A stretch of DNA of 64,000 nucleotides from a virus (taxonomy: Duplodnaviria > Caudoviricetes), in IMG/VR virus record IMGVR_UViG_3300046167_000724. One strand, 5' to 3'. The first letter of the stretch is position 1; each line of letters starts with the position of its first letter. The notes under the pieces were generated by a model. The model was given only the letters and a program-made list of their open reading frames with translations, was not told where the DNA came from and made no database searches. Both the position numbers and the translations under genes were made by a program. Shown piece after piece: positions 30,291 through 40,072 of the stretch.

Positions 30291-32110
30291 TGAATGATTT
30301 TTTAAATAGGCTTAATGGATTTGCTAATACATTTAAGCCTCAAGATACTCCATCGCTAGAGGAAGTTAAAAAACAACAAGCTGCTAGATTAGCTAAGATT
30401 GAAAATCATAATAGAATTCAGTCTGAGAATAAAATTAAGGAAGAACAGCTAGAGGTTGAAAGACATGTAGAGCTTCAAAGACTTGAAGAGATTGAAGCTA
30501 ATAGACCTCGTATTACTTTTGTAATGACAGCATGTGGCCGTCCTGATCTAATGGAAAAAACATTAGATTCATTCTTTAAGTTTAATACAGCACCGATTGA
30601 TAGATTCATTATTACAGAGGATTCAGCAGACCCTGAAATATTTATAGAATGTAAAAAGTTAAACGATAAAAAGTACAACAATAAATTAGAGTTTATATTT
30701 AATGAAAAGAAACTAGGTCAAGCTAGGTCAATTGATTTAGCTTACTCTATGATCGATACTGAATATATTTTTCATTGTGAAGAGGATTGGGAGTTCTATG
30801 GTAATGAATTTATAGAACAATCTATTTCAATTCTTGAAGCGGATGAAACGGTATTACAAGCTTGGATTAGACCAAAGTCGGATGGTATTTTAAATGATAT
30901 TTCAAAAGATGTATACCATATAAGTGGTATTGGAGTTAGAGATGTACTTCCAAAATCATTTATGGTTAAGGGTGGTGCACCCGGCGGCAAAGACTTAATC
31001 ATTAGAGATTATATGGGCTTTAGCTGGAATCCAGGTGTTAAAAGACTTTCTGATTATAAACTATTAAAAAATGGTTATTCAGGAATTAGAGAAGAACATC
31101 TAATCGATACTTATTATAGGTCGCATTCTAAAGGATTTAAAGTTGTTAGTTTATCAGAAAATGATGAACAGGGTTTTGTAAAACATATTGGCTGGGACAG
31201 AAGGGCTGATGATCCGGTTCATAAAGAAAATGAAAAAGTGGATTTAGAAGAAGCAATGTTAGCCGCAAGAGCTAAAAGAGAAGCTGATAAAAAAGCAGTA
31301 GAAGATAAGTTAGCCGCTGAAGAAGCAGCAAGACAGCAATCTAAAAATGAAGTTAAGAAGCCTAAAGTTTCTGTAGTTATGCAGGTTTATCTAGGTGACT
31401 ATCCAGGTTCTAGAACAGATTCGGTTCTTAAGTTTCATAGAGCTGTAAAATCATTTTTAGGTCAATCATACGAAAACTCAGAATTAATTATAGCATCTGA
31501 TGGTTGTAAAATTACATGGCAACATTACGAACAATTCTATGCGGACAATAAAAAAATTAAGTTTGTTTATGTAGATAAGAAAGGTCTTCCAAATATGTAT
31601 GAAGAAAGACTTGAAGGTTATAAGTATTATAGAGGAGTTCCAAGACAAGCTGGATGTTCTATAGCATCAGGTGAACTTATTACGTATATGGACTCAGATG
31701 ATTTTTTACATCCTAAGTTTTTATATGAAATAGTCTATCAATATAATAACGCACATGAAGATGCAGTGTGGTTCTTAAATAATACTTGGTATGATCATGT
31801 AAATATTATGACACAAGCCATTTCAAATTTAAATATATTAGATCCATATAACCAAGATAGAATTATTAATATACCTTTCTTAAAGGCCGACTTTATACCT
31901 TCAAAGGTAAAAGCAGGTCTTGTAGTTAATACGCCATGGCTACTAACACATAAAGCCGATATTAAAACTAGATGGAAAGATACTTTAGGTACAACTAGTG
32001 AAGATGTTGATTTTGGTAGAAGGCTTAGAGAAGATTATAAAGGATTAGGTTCTCAGTTTAGTGCACCTACATATATTAGATGCCATTATACTGGACTTTG
32101 GGACGTTTAA
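30290..32110 (+). CDS. Tandem two-domain GT-A (GT2-like) glycosyltransferase
   Basis: Domain 1 ITFVMTACGRPDL..YIFHCEEDW; domain 2 VSVVM..QSYENSELIIASDG..ITYMDSDD. Confidence 0.85.
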   Translation: MNDFLNRLNGFANTFKPQDTPSLEEVKKQQAARLAKIENHNRIQSENKIKEEQLEVERHVELQRLEEIEANRPRITFVMTACGRPDLMEKTLDSFFKFNTAPIDRFIITEDSADPEIFIECKKLNDKKYNNKLEFIFNEKKLGQARSIDLAYSMIDTEYIFHCEEDWEFYGNEFIEQSISILEADETVLQAWIRPKSDGILNDISKDVYHISGIGVRDVLPKSFMVKGGAPGGKDLIIRDYMGFSWNPGVKRLSDYKLLKNGYSGIREEHLIDTYYRSHSKGFKVVSLSENDEQGFVKHIGWDRRADDPVHKENEKVDLEEAMLAARAKREADKKAVEDKLAAEEAARQQSKNEVKKPKVSVVMQVYLGDYPGSRTDSVLKFHRAVKSFLGQSYENSELIIASDGCKITWQHYEQFYADNKKIKFVYVDKKGLPNMYEERLEGYKYYRGVPRQAGCSIASGELITYMDSDDFLHPKFLYEIVYQYNNAHEDAVWFLNNTWYDHVNIMTQAISNLNILDPYNQDRIINIPFLKADFIPSKVKAGLVVNTPWLLTHKADIKTRWKDTLGTTSEDVDFGRRLREDYKGLGSQFSAPTYIRCHYTGLWDV

Positions 32111-33273
32111 TCGAAAAACGGTTTATATCCATACTTGAGACAAAAGTCATTAAACTTTCTTTTGACAGAGGGCCTTACGGCTCTCTTCTCATTTTCAAGG
32201 CCTTCTAACCCGTCATGGTCTCTTTCATTTACCTTACCAGTTGAAGGTGTATATGATATATCAAGGTCTTTAGACTTTAAGAAATCAAACAACTCTTTTT
32301 CTTGGTCTTCTATTCTATAAATAAAAGCAGGTTGTTTAGCTGTAATTAATCTATCCCATCTTAGAATAGAGTTAATGGCCATTTCAATTTTATTAGTAGA
32401 CTTAATTACACCGCCTTTCTTAATTCTGAAATTTATAGATTCTTCTTTTACATTCTCAGTAAATATAATAGATGCGATAGAAGTTAATGGGTCTCTAACG
32501 TTATAGATTATTAGCTCTGGTTCTAGATTATTTTGAAAATCATTTAAGTAAATCCAAGGGCCTTTATCAACTGCAAGTTGCCATGCAACAATACCGTCTT
32601 TACCAACTTCTTCATGTCCTACATCTAAACCCCAGGATTGAAGTAATTTAGCTGTAAATCCAGTTCCAGTTCTTGGGTGGCCTAATCCTAAAATCTTAAC
32701 CTTTCTTTTTATAGAACTCATAAGAACCTTTTCCATATGCTTGATATAGTTATCAAGTAGTGCATCGCGTTTTTCCTCTTCAGTATGATACCAATTCCAA
32801 GCAATTGAACCTTGTATGCTTTCTATTTCTTTTTGGACGTTTTTACTTTCTTCATCAATTTTTTCAATATGGTCAAAATATTCTTCAGATAGTTCTATTT
32901 CTAATTTAATAGCAACTGTAATTAAAAGAGCCATGTTATCATCTTCATTAGCCTGATTAGCTAATTCGTATAATTCTGCATATTGAGCTTGTTGTTTAAT
33001 AGATAAGTCTTTGTCCATTCTATCGGGATGGCACTTAACTACAATTTTTCTAAACAGCTTTTTAAATAAAGGGTCTCTGTTTGGACTTTCTTTTTCTTCC
33101 AGCTCTTTGTCATCGGCTAGCTCTTTAACATTTTTGCTTTCAAAAAGATCTTGACGTTTTTTAGCAGCTAATGCACTACTAAATTCAGAATTAATTTCAG
33201 ATGCCATTTCACGGAGGTACTCCAAGTCTTCTAATGCCTGACTCGTACTTCTTAAGCATTCTTTTAAACTCAA
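32107..33273 (-). CDS. J-domain-like region fused to a sulfotransferase-like (P-loop) domain
   Basis: KKLFRKIVVKCHPDR (HPD motif); ILGLGHPRTGTGF (5'-PSB-like loop) and VRDPLTSIAS (3'-PB-like). Confidence 0.7.
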   Translation of the reverse strand: MSLKECLRSTSQALEDLEYLREMASEINSEFSSALAAKKRQDLFESKNVKELADDKELEEKESPNRDPLFKKLFRKIVVKCHPDRMDKDLSIKQQAQYAELYELANQANEDDNMALLITVAIKLEIELSEEYFDHIEKIDEESKNVQKEIESIQGSIAWNWYHTEEEKRDALLDNYIKHMEKVLMSSIKRKVKILGLGHPRTGTGFTAKLLQSWGLDVGHEEVGKDGIVAWQLAVDKGPWIYLNDFQNNLEPELIIYNVRDPLTSIASIIFTENVKEESINFRIKKGGVIKSTNKIEMAINSILRWDRLITAKQPAFIYRIEDQEKELFDFLKSKDLDISYTPSTGKVNERDHDGLEGLENEKRAVRPSVKRKFNDFCLKYGYKPFFD

Positions 33274-33499
33274 TCTTCTTTAATTTATCGCTGCCCATAA
33301 TATATAGTATATATACAATTCACAACACATCTCATAGATCTTTAAGTATTATATGACACAAATATAATAAAGAAGTCTAATAATTAATTAATAGTATATT
33401 ATTATAGCTTAAAACAAACATTCGCTATAAAAATCGATATATATAATACAGCGAGAAAATCTCGCAAAAACATAATAAAAAATAACAAATTAATCAGTT

Positions 33500-34264
33500 A
33501 TGTCTCAGATTAAAATCAAACAGATCGAAGGTCTGCAGGATGTCTTAGATGCAATTATTGTTTCGATCACTTCAGGTTCAGTGAAGTCAACGTTTACAGA
33601 AATTGCTCACGGATTTTCAGCAGGTCAGATTGTAGCGTTTGACGGCGGAAACTGGATAATTGCGGATGCATCTACCGAAGATCACTTAGGTAGAATAGTT
33701 ATTGAATCAATCACAGACGCGAACAACTTTATTGGTGTTCAATTAGGCACTGTAGAAGTTAGCACTTGGAACCTTACTCCGGGTGCTTTTTACGTTGTGG
33801 ACGATTCAGGAACCGGCTATCCAGCATTATTCACGGACAACGACGCGTACGCTTTTTCTAACCCTGTCATGCAGGCGATCACAAGCACAACTGCTCATGT
33901 TTTACCATGGAGGCCTTCAGTAGGTGCTGCAGTAGAAATCGAGCAAGGCGTTCAAGTTTACCAAAGAGACCTTACGCCGACAGCTACCTCAGGTAACTAT
34001 TCAGCAACAGGTATTACAATTACCTACACACCATTCTTAGACTCAGCAGTTGATGTTTTAGTTAATGGTCTTGGTTTATCAGAAGCAGACGGCGATAGAG
34101 ATTCAGCCGCAGTTTACTTTTCAAATGACGGCGGTGTAACCGCTAAAACAATCGCAAATATCGAAGCAGGTGATGAACTGTATTGGAACGCTGTAGTAGC
34201 AGGGTTTGAATTAACAGTTGATGATACTATTGATATTATGTACGAAAGAGCACAAGGTGTATAA
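33500..34264 (+). CDS. Virion structural protein (paralogous modules)
   Basis: N-terminus MSQIKIKQI resembles that of 26716 (MAQIRSKQI); C-terminal module resembles that of 24606. Confidence 0.75.
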   Translation: MSQIKIKQIEGLQDVLDAIIVSITSGSVKSTFTEIAHGFSAGQIVAFDGGNWIIADASTEDHLGRIVIESITDANNFIGVQLGTVEVSTWNLTPGAFYVVDDSGTGYPALFTDNDAYAFSNPVMQAITSTTAHVLPWRPSVGAAVEIEQGVQVYQRDLTPTATSGNYSATGITITYTPFLDSAVDVLVNGLGLSEADGDRDSAAVYFSNDGGVTAKTIANIEAGDELYWNAVVAGFELTVDDTIDIMYERAQGV

Positions 34265-34284
34265 AAAAATAAAGTTAATAGATA

Positions 34285-37200
34285 ATGGCATTACCAATTA
34301 TTAGAACAACCGGGTCGTCGGGTACTTCAGGTCTTAATGGGACTTCAGGTTATGACGGAACGCATGGTTCTTCAGGCACAGCCGGAACATCAGGAACAGC
34401 TGGAACTTCAGGTTCATCAGGTTCTTCGGGTTCATCAGGAACTGCAGGTACATCAGGGAGCTCAGGCACTTCGGGTACAGCAGGAACTGACGGAACTTCT
34501 GGAAGCTCAGGCTCTTCAGGTTCTTCAGGCACATCAGGTACAGCTGGTACTTCAGGTACAGCTGGTACTTCAGGTTCGTCGGGTTCATCAGGTTCATCAG
34601 GAACTGATGGTACAGACGGGTCTTCAGGTTCATCGGGTACAGATGGTACAGATGGTACGGACGGTTCGTCCGGTTCATCGGGTACGGACGGTACAGACGG
34701 TACAGACGGTTCTTCAGGTTCATCAGGAACTTCAGGAACTTCAGGAACGGACGGTACTTCGGGTACTTCAGGTACTTCAGGTACGGACGGTACGGACGGT
34801 ACTTCAGGTTTTTCAGGTACTTCAGGCTTTGATGGTTCATCAGGTACTTCAGGTACTTCAGGTTCATCAGGTACAGACGGTACAGACGGAACTTCAGGTT
34901 CTTCAGGTACAGATGGTACTTCAGGTACTTCAGGTTCTTCAGGTACAGATGGTACTTCAGGAACAGATGGTACAGATGGTACAGACGGTTCATCAGGTTC
35001 ATCAGGTTCATCAGGTACAGATGGTACAGATGGTTCATCGGGTTCTTCAGGTACAGATGGTACTTCAGGTTCTTCAGGTACAGATGGTACAGATGGTTCA
35101 TCGGGTTCATCGGGTTCTTCAGGTACAGATGGTACTTCAGGAACAGATGGTACAGACGGTTCATCAGGTTCTTCAGGTACAGATGGTACAGATGGTTCAT
35201 CGGGTTCTTCAGGTACAGATGGTACTTCAGGTTCTTCAGGTACAGATGGTACAGATGGTTCATCGGGTTCATCGGGTTCTTCAGGTACAGATGGTACTTC
35301 AGGAACAGATGGTACAGACGGTTCATCAGGTACAGATGGTACAGATGGTACAGATGGTTCATCGGGTTCATCGGGTTCATCGGGTTCTTCAGGTACAGAT
35401 GGTACTTCAGGAACAGATGGTACAGACGGTTCTTCAGGTTCATCGGGTACAGACGGTACAGACGGTACATCAGGTACAGATGGTACTTCAGGTACGGATG
35501 GAACAGATGGTACAGATGGTTCATCAGGTTCATCAGGTTCTTCGGGTTCTTCAGGTACAGACGGTACTTCAGGTACTTCAGGTACAGATGGTACAGATGG
35601 TTCATCGGGTTCTTCAGGTACAGATGGTACTTCAGGAACAGATGGTACAGACGGTTCATCAGGTTCATCAGGTACAGATGGTACAGATGGTTCATCGGGT
35701 TCTTCAGGTACAGATGGTACTTCAGGTTCTTCAGGTACAGATGGTACAGATGGTTCATCGGGTTCATCGGGTTCTTCAGGTACAGATGGTACTTCAGGAA
35801 CAGATGGTACAGACGGTTCATCAGGTTCATCGGGTACAGACGGTACAGACGGTACATCAGGTACAGATGGTACTTCAGGAACAGATGGTACAGATGGTTC
35901 ATCGGGTTCATCGGGTTCTTCGGGTTCTTCAGGTACAGACGGTACTTCGGGTACAGATGGTTCTTCAGGTTCTTCAGGTTCTTCAGGTACAGATGGTACT
36001 TCAGGTACTTCAGGTACTTCAGGAACAGATGGTTCTTCAGGTACAGATGGTACAGACGGTTCATCGGGTTCTTCAGGTTCATCGGGTACATCAGGTACTT
36101 CGGGAACAGATGGTACAGATGGTACAGATGGTACTTCGGGTTCTTCGGGTACTTCAGGTACAGACGGTACTTCAGGTTCATCAGGTACGGACGGTACTTC
36201 TGGTACAGACGGTACTTCTGGTACAGACGGTACTGACGGTACAGACGGTACTTCAGGTTTTTCAGGGACTTCAGGCTTTGATGGTTCTTCAGGAACTTCA
36301 GGTACTGACGGTACAGACGGTACAGATGGTTCATCAGGTTCATCAGGTTCATCAGGTACGTCGGGTACATCGGGTACTTCAGGAACAGATGGTACATCAG
36401 GAACAGATGGCACATCAGGTTCATCAGGTTCATCAGGTTCATCGGGTACTTCAGGTACAGATGGTACAGATGGTTCATCGGGTTCTTCAGGTACAGATGG
36501 TACTTCAGGTTCTTCAGGTACAGATGGAACTTCAGGTACGTCGGGTACGTCGGGTACTTCAGGTACAGATGGTACAGACGGTTCTTCAGGTTCATCAGGT
36601 ACAGATGGTACAGATGGTACTTCAGGAACGGATGGTACATCAGGTTCGTCAGGTACTTCAGGTACAGATGGAACTTCAGGTACGGATGGTACGTCAGGTT
36701 CATCAGGTTCATCAGGTTCTTCAGGAACAGACGGAACTTCGGGCACTGATGGTACAGATGGTTCATCAGGTTCATCGGGTACTTCAGGTACTTCAGGTAC
36801 TGATGGTACAGATGGTTCTTCGGGTTCTTCAGGTTCTTCAGGTACTTCAGGAACAGATGGTTCTTCAGGTTCTTCAGGTACTTCAGGTACTTCAGGAACA
36901 GATGGTTCTTCGGGTTCTTCGGGTTCTTCAGGCTCATCGGGTACTTCAGGTACGGACGGTTCTTCGGGATCTTCAGGTACAGACGGTACTTCGGGTTCTT
37001 CAGGTACTTCAGGAACAGATGGTTCTTCAGGTACAGATGGTACAAATGGTTCATCAGGTTCTTCAGGAACATCAGGTACATCGGGTACATCAGGTACAGA
37101 TGGTACGTCAGGAACGGATGGTACATCAGGTTCTTCAGGTACTTCAGGTACTTCAGGTACTGATGGTACAAGTGGTTCTTCAGGTTCAAGTGGTACAGAT

Positions 37201-40008
37201 GGTACTTCAGGAACGGATGGTTCATCAGGTTCATCAGGTTCATCGGGTACTTCAGGTACTTCAGGTACTTCAGGTACAGATGGTACAGATGGTACAGATG
37301 GTTCATCAGGTTCATCAGGAACTTCAGGTACTTCAGGAACAGATGGAACAGACGGTTCATCAGGTTCGTCAGGTTCATCAGGTTCATCAGGTACTTCAGG
37401 TACTTCAGGAACAGATGGAACAGACGGTTCATCAGGTTCATCGGGTTCATCGGGTACTTCAGGTACGGATGGAACAGATGGTACAGATGGTTCATCAGGT
37501 TCATCAGGTTCATCAGGTTCATCAGGAACATCAGGAACATCAGGTTCATCAGGTGTTGATGGTAGAAATATACAACAAAGTACACAAATTGATCCAAATG
37601 CACCTTTAATTCAAGGTGAATTCGGCGACCAATTATATTATGGTATAGACGGTAGTATTTGGTCATGGGATCCAAATTCAAATTCATGGATTCAAGTTGG
37701 TAACTTAACAGGTGCTATAGGTGCTCAAGGTGCTTCTGGAACTTCAGGTTCTTCTGGAACTTCTGGAACTTCAGGCTCTTCAGGCTCTTCAGGCTCTTCA
37801 GGTTCTTCAGGAACTTCAGGAACTTCAGGAACTTCAGGCTTAGATGGTGCTAAATCAGGTAACTATGGCGATCCAAATGGTCAAATTTCAGGTTCATTCG
37901 TTGGACAGGTTTATTTTGATGCAGGTGGTGCTGTGTTTATTTGGAATGGTTCAAATTGGAATCCAAGTAATAATTTAACAGGTGCTCAAGGTGCTCAAGG
38001 TGTTACTGGTGCTAAAGGCCAAAAAGGTCAAACTGGCGCTAAAGGAGATACGGGTGCTCAAGGTGCTCAAGGGCCTCAGGGTATTCAAGGTATCAAGGGT
38101 CAAATTGGTGACACAGGTGCTAAAGGTGACACGGGTGCTCAAGGTGCTCAAGGACCACAAGGTGTAGCGGGTCTACAGGGTATTGAAGGTATCAAAGGTC
38201 AAATTGGTGCTAAAGGAGATACGGGTGCTCAAGGTGCAACTGGACCTCAAGGTCTTGAAGGTGCTAAAGGCCAAAAAGGTCAAACTGGTGCTACAGGTGC
38301 TACAGGTGCTCAAGGTGCTCAAGGTGCTAAGGGTGACACAGGTGCTCAAGGTGCTCAAGGTGCTCAAGGGCCTCAGGGTATTCAAGGTATCAAGGGTCAA
38401 ACTGGTGCTACAGGTGCTAAAGGTGACACGGGTGCTCAAGGTGTAGCTGGAACTTCTGGAACTTCTGGAACTTCTGGTACTTCTGGTACTTCAGGCTCAT
38501 CAGGTTCATCAGGTTCTTCAGGTGCTAAAGGCGCTACAGGTGCTCAAGGTCCACAAGGTATTACTGGTCAAACAGGTGCTAAAGGTGACACTGGTTCACA
38601 AGGTGCTCAAGGTGCAACAGGTGCTCAAGGCGCTCAAGGTGCTCAAGGAGCTCATGGTACGTCAGGTTCATCTGGACATGATGGTGCTAAATCAGGTAAC
38701 TATGGTGATCCAAACGGTCAAATTGTAGGTTCATTTATTGGACAGCTTTATATTGATACAACTGGTCTAGTCTTTGAATGGACTGGTGCTACTTGGAATC
38801 AGGTAAATGATTTAACTGGACCACAAGGTGCAACTGGTGCTAAGGGTGCTACTGGTAATCAAGGTGCTCAAGGACCACAAGGTAATATCGGTAATCAAGG
38901 TGCTCAAGGTGCTACAGGTGCTCAAGGTGCTACAGGTGCTCAAGGTGCTACAGGTGCTCAAGGTGCTGTTGGTGCTACAGGTGCTCAAGGTGCTGTTGGT
39001 GCTCAAGGGCCTCAAGGTATTCAAGGTATCAAAGGTCAAATAGGTACTACGGGTCAAAAAGGTGCAACTGGTGCTACTGGTGCTCAAGGTGCTGTTGGTG
39101 CTACGGGTGCTCAAGGTGCAACTGGACCCCAAGGTCTTGAAGGTGCTAAAGGCCAAAAAGGTCAAACAGGTGCTACAGGTGCTCAAGGTGCTACGGGTGC
39201 TACAGGTGCTCAAGGTGCTGTTGGTGCTCAAGGTGCAACTGGTGCTACAGGTGCTCAAGGTGCTACAGGTGCTCAAGGTGCAACTGGTGCTGCGGGTGCT
39301 AAAGGTGCAACTGGTGCTACAGGTGCTCAAGGTGCTGTTGGTGCTCAAGGTGCTACAGGTGCTAAAGGTCAAAAAGGTCAAACTGGTAATACAGGTGCGC
39401 AGGGTGCTATAGGTACTACGGGTGCACAAGGTGCTACTGGTCCAACACTTTCAGTTGTTAATAACTCTAACAATAGAATTATTACAGCAACTGGTGGTTC
39501 TACCGTAAACGGTGAATCTGGCCTAACGTTTGATGGTCAAACAATGTCTTTCCAAGGTGGTAAGATAATGTTAGCCAATACTGCAAGCGTTGGCGCAACA
39601 TACGGCGCACCATATCACTTTAACATTGATGCAAATACAATCATACCAGATGCTGAAATGGGAGCTCCGCTACCAATGATGTATGATATGGTAAATGGTG
39701 GTGTTGGTTATCAAGCTTCTTCTTTAAGATTTAAGGAGAATGTTGTAAATCTAGACTTTGACGCATCTGCGTTCTTATCACTAGATGCAAGAACATTCGA
39801 CTGGAAAGATTCTGGAAGAAGTGATATCGGTTTCATAGCAGAAGAAGTTGCTGCATTTGACGAGAGACTAGCAGTCTCTGACGGTCAAGGTGGTTTCATC
39901 TCGATGCATTATGATAAAATGACAGTGTACCTATTCAAGGTGGTTAAAGATCTTCATGCGAAAGTAGAAGAACTAGAAGCTAAAATAAATACACTAGAAA
40001 ACAAGTAA
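34285..40008 (+). CDS. Giant collagen-like fibre protein 2 with C-terminal peptidase S74 intramolecular chaperone
   Basis: ~360 G-(T/S)-(S/D) triplets, then Lys-containing Gly-X-Y tracts with knobs; C-terminal [31 protein letters not shown] + coiled coil. Confidence 0.9.
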   Translation: MALPIIRTTGSSGTSGLNGTSGYDGTHGSSGTAGTSGTAGTSGSSGSSGSSGTAGTSGSSGTSGTAGTDGTSGSSGSSGSSGTSGTAGTSGTAGTSGSSGSSGSSGTDGTDGSSGSSGTDGTDGTDGSSGSSGTDGTDGTDGSSGSSGTSGTSGTDGTSGTSGTSGTDGTDGTSGFSGTSGFDGSSGTSGTSGSSGTDGTDGTSGSSGTDGTSGTSGSSGTDGTSGTDGTDGTDGSSGSSGSSGTDGTDGSSGSSGTDGTSGSSGTDGTDGSSGSSGSSGTDGTSGTDGTDGSSGSSGTDGTDGSSGSSGTDGTSGSSGTDGTDGSSGSSGSSGTDGTSGTDGTDGSSGTDGTDGTDGSSGSSGSSGSSGTDGTSGTDGTDGSSGSSGTDGTDGTSGTDGTSGTDGTDGTDGSSGSSGSSGSSGTDGTSGTSGTDGTDGSSGSSGTDGTSGTDGTDGSSGSSGTDGTDGSSGSSGTDGTSGSSGTDGTDGSSGSSGSSGTDGTSGTDGTDGSSGSSGTDGTDGTSGTDGTSGTDGTDGSSGSSGSSGSSGTDGTSGTDGSSGSSGSSGTDGTSGTSGTSGTDGSSGTDGTDGSSGSSGSSGTSGTSGTDGTDGTDGTSGSSGTSGTDGTSGSSGTDGTSGTDGTSGTDGTDGTDGTSGFSGTSGFDGSSGTSGTDGTDGTDGSSGSSGSSGTSGTSGTSGTDGTSGTDGTSGSSGSSGSSGTSGTDGTDGSSGSSGTDGTSGSSGTDGTSGTSGTSGTSGTDGTDGSSGSSGTDGTDGTSGTDGTSGSSGTSGTDGTSGTDGTSGSSGSSGSSGTDGTSGTDGTDGSSGSSGTSGTSGTDGTDGSSGSSGSSGTSGTDGSSGSSGTSGTSGTDGSSGSSGSSGSSGTSGTDGSSGSSGTDGTSGSSGTSGTDGSSGTDGTNGSSGSSGTSGTSGTSGTDGTSGTDGTSGSSGTSGTSGTDGTSGSSGSSGTDGTSGTDGSSGSSGSSGTSGTSGTSGTDGTDGTDGSSGSSGTSGTSGTDGTDGSSGSSGSSGSSGTSGTSGTDGTDGSSGSSGSSGTSGTDGTDGTDGSSGSSGSSGSSGTSGTSGSSGVDGRNIQQSTQIDPNAPLIQGEFGDQLYYGIDGSIWSWDPNSNSWIQVGNLTGAIGAQGASGTSGSSGTSGTSGSSGSSGSSGSSGTSGTSGTSGLDGAKSGNYGDPNGQISGSFVGQVYFDAGGAVFIWNGSNWNPSNNLTGAQGAQGVTGAKGQKGQTGAKGDTGAQGAQGPQGIQGIKGQIGDTGAKGDTGAQGAQGPQGVAGLQGIEGIKGQIGAKGDTGAQGATGPQGLEGAKGQKGQTGATGATGAQGAQGAKGDTGAQGAQGAQGPQGIQGIKGQTGATGAKGDTGAQGVAGTSGTSGTSGTSGTSGSSGSSGSSGAKGATGAQGPQGITGQTGAKGDTGSQGAQGATGAQGAQGAQGAHGTSGSSGHDGAKSGNYGDPNGQIVGSFIGQLYIDTTGLVFEWTGATWNQVNDLTGPQGATGAKGATGNQGAQGPQGNIGNQGAQGATGAQGATGAQGATGAQGAVGATGAQGAVGAQGPQGIQGIKGQIGTTGQKGATGATGAQGAVGATGAQGATGPQGLEGAKGQKGQTGATGAQGATGATGAQGAVGAQGATGATGAQGATGAQGATGAAGAKGATGATGAQGAVGAQGATGAKGQKGQTGNTGAQGAIGTTGAQGATGPTLSVVNNSNNRIITATGGSTVNGESGLTFDGQTMSFQGGKIMLANTASVGATYGAPYHFNIDANTIIPDAEMGAPLPMMYDMVNGGVGYQASSLRFKENVVNLDFDASAFLSLDARTFDWKDSGRSDIGFIAEEVAAFDERLAVSDGQGGFISMHYDKMTVYLFKVVKDLHAKVEELEAKINTLENK
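34312..37563 (+). repeat. Low-complexity 9-bp coding repeats (GTS/GSS/GTD)
   Basis: ggtacttca / ggttcatca / ggtacagat units with larger nested duplications. Confidence 0.95.
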
Positions 40009-40019
40009 ACAATGAATGA

Positions 40020-40046
40020 GGGGCCAGTTTCGGCTGGCCCTAATTT
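40020..40046 (+). terminator. Hairpin/terminator after fibre 2
   Basis: GGGCCAG-TTTCGG-CTGGCCC stem; weak T tract. Confidence 0.6.
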
Positions 40047-40072
40047 CTAATAAAAAAGAAACAATTAAAGAA

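Noticed and set aside
34334-37687. Very long alternative-frame and antisense ORFs (1117, 1090 and 798 aa; MNL/QVL/EPSVP repeats)
   Set aside because: Shadows of the 9-bp GTS/GTD repeat, which lacks stops in those frames; they have no leaders, promoters or domains
40016-40072. Track start for fibre 3 at 40016
   Set aside because: The extension runs through a terminator-like hairpin; ATG 40073 has an A-rich leader
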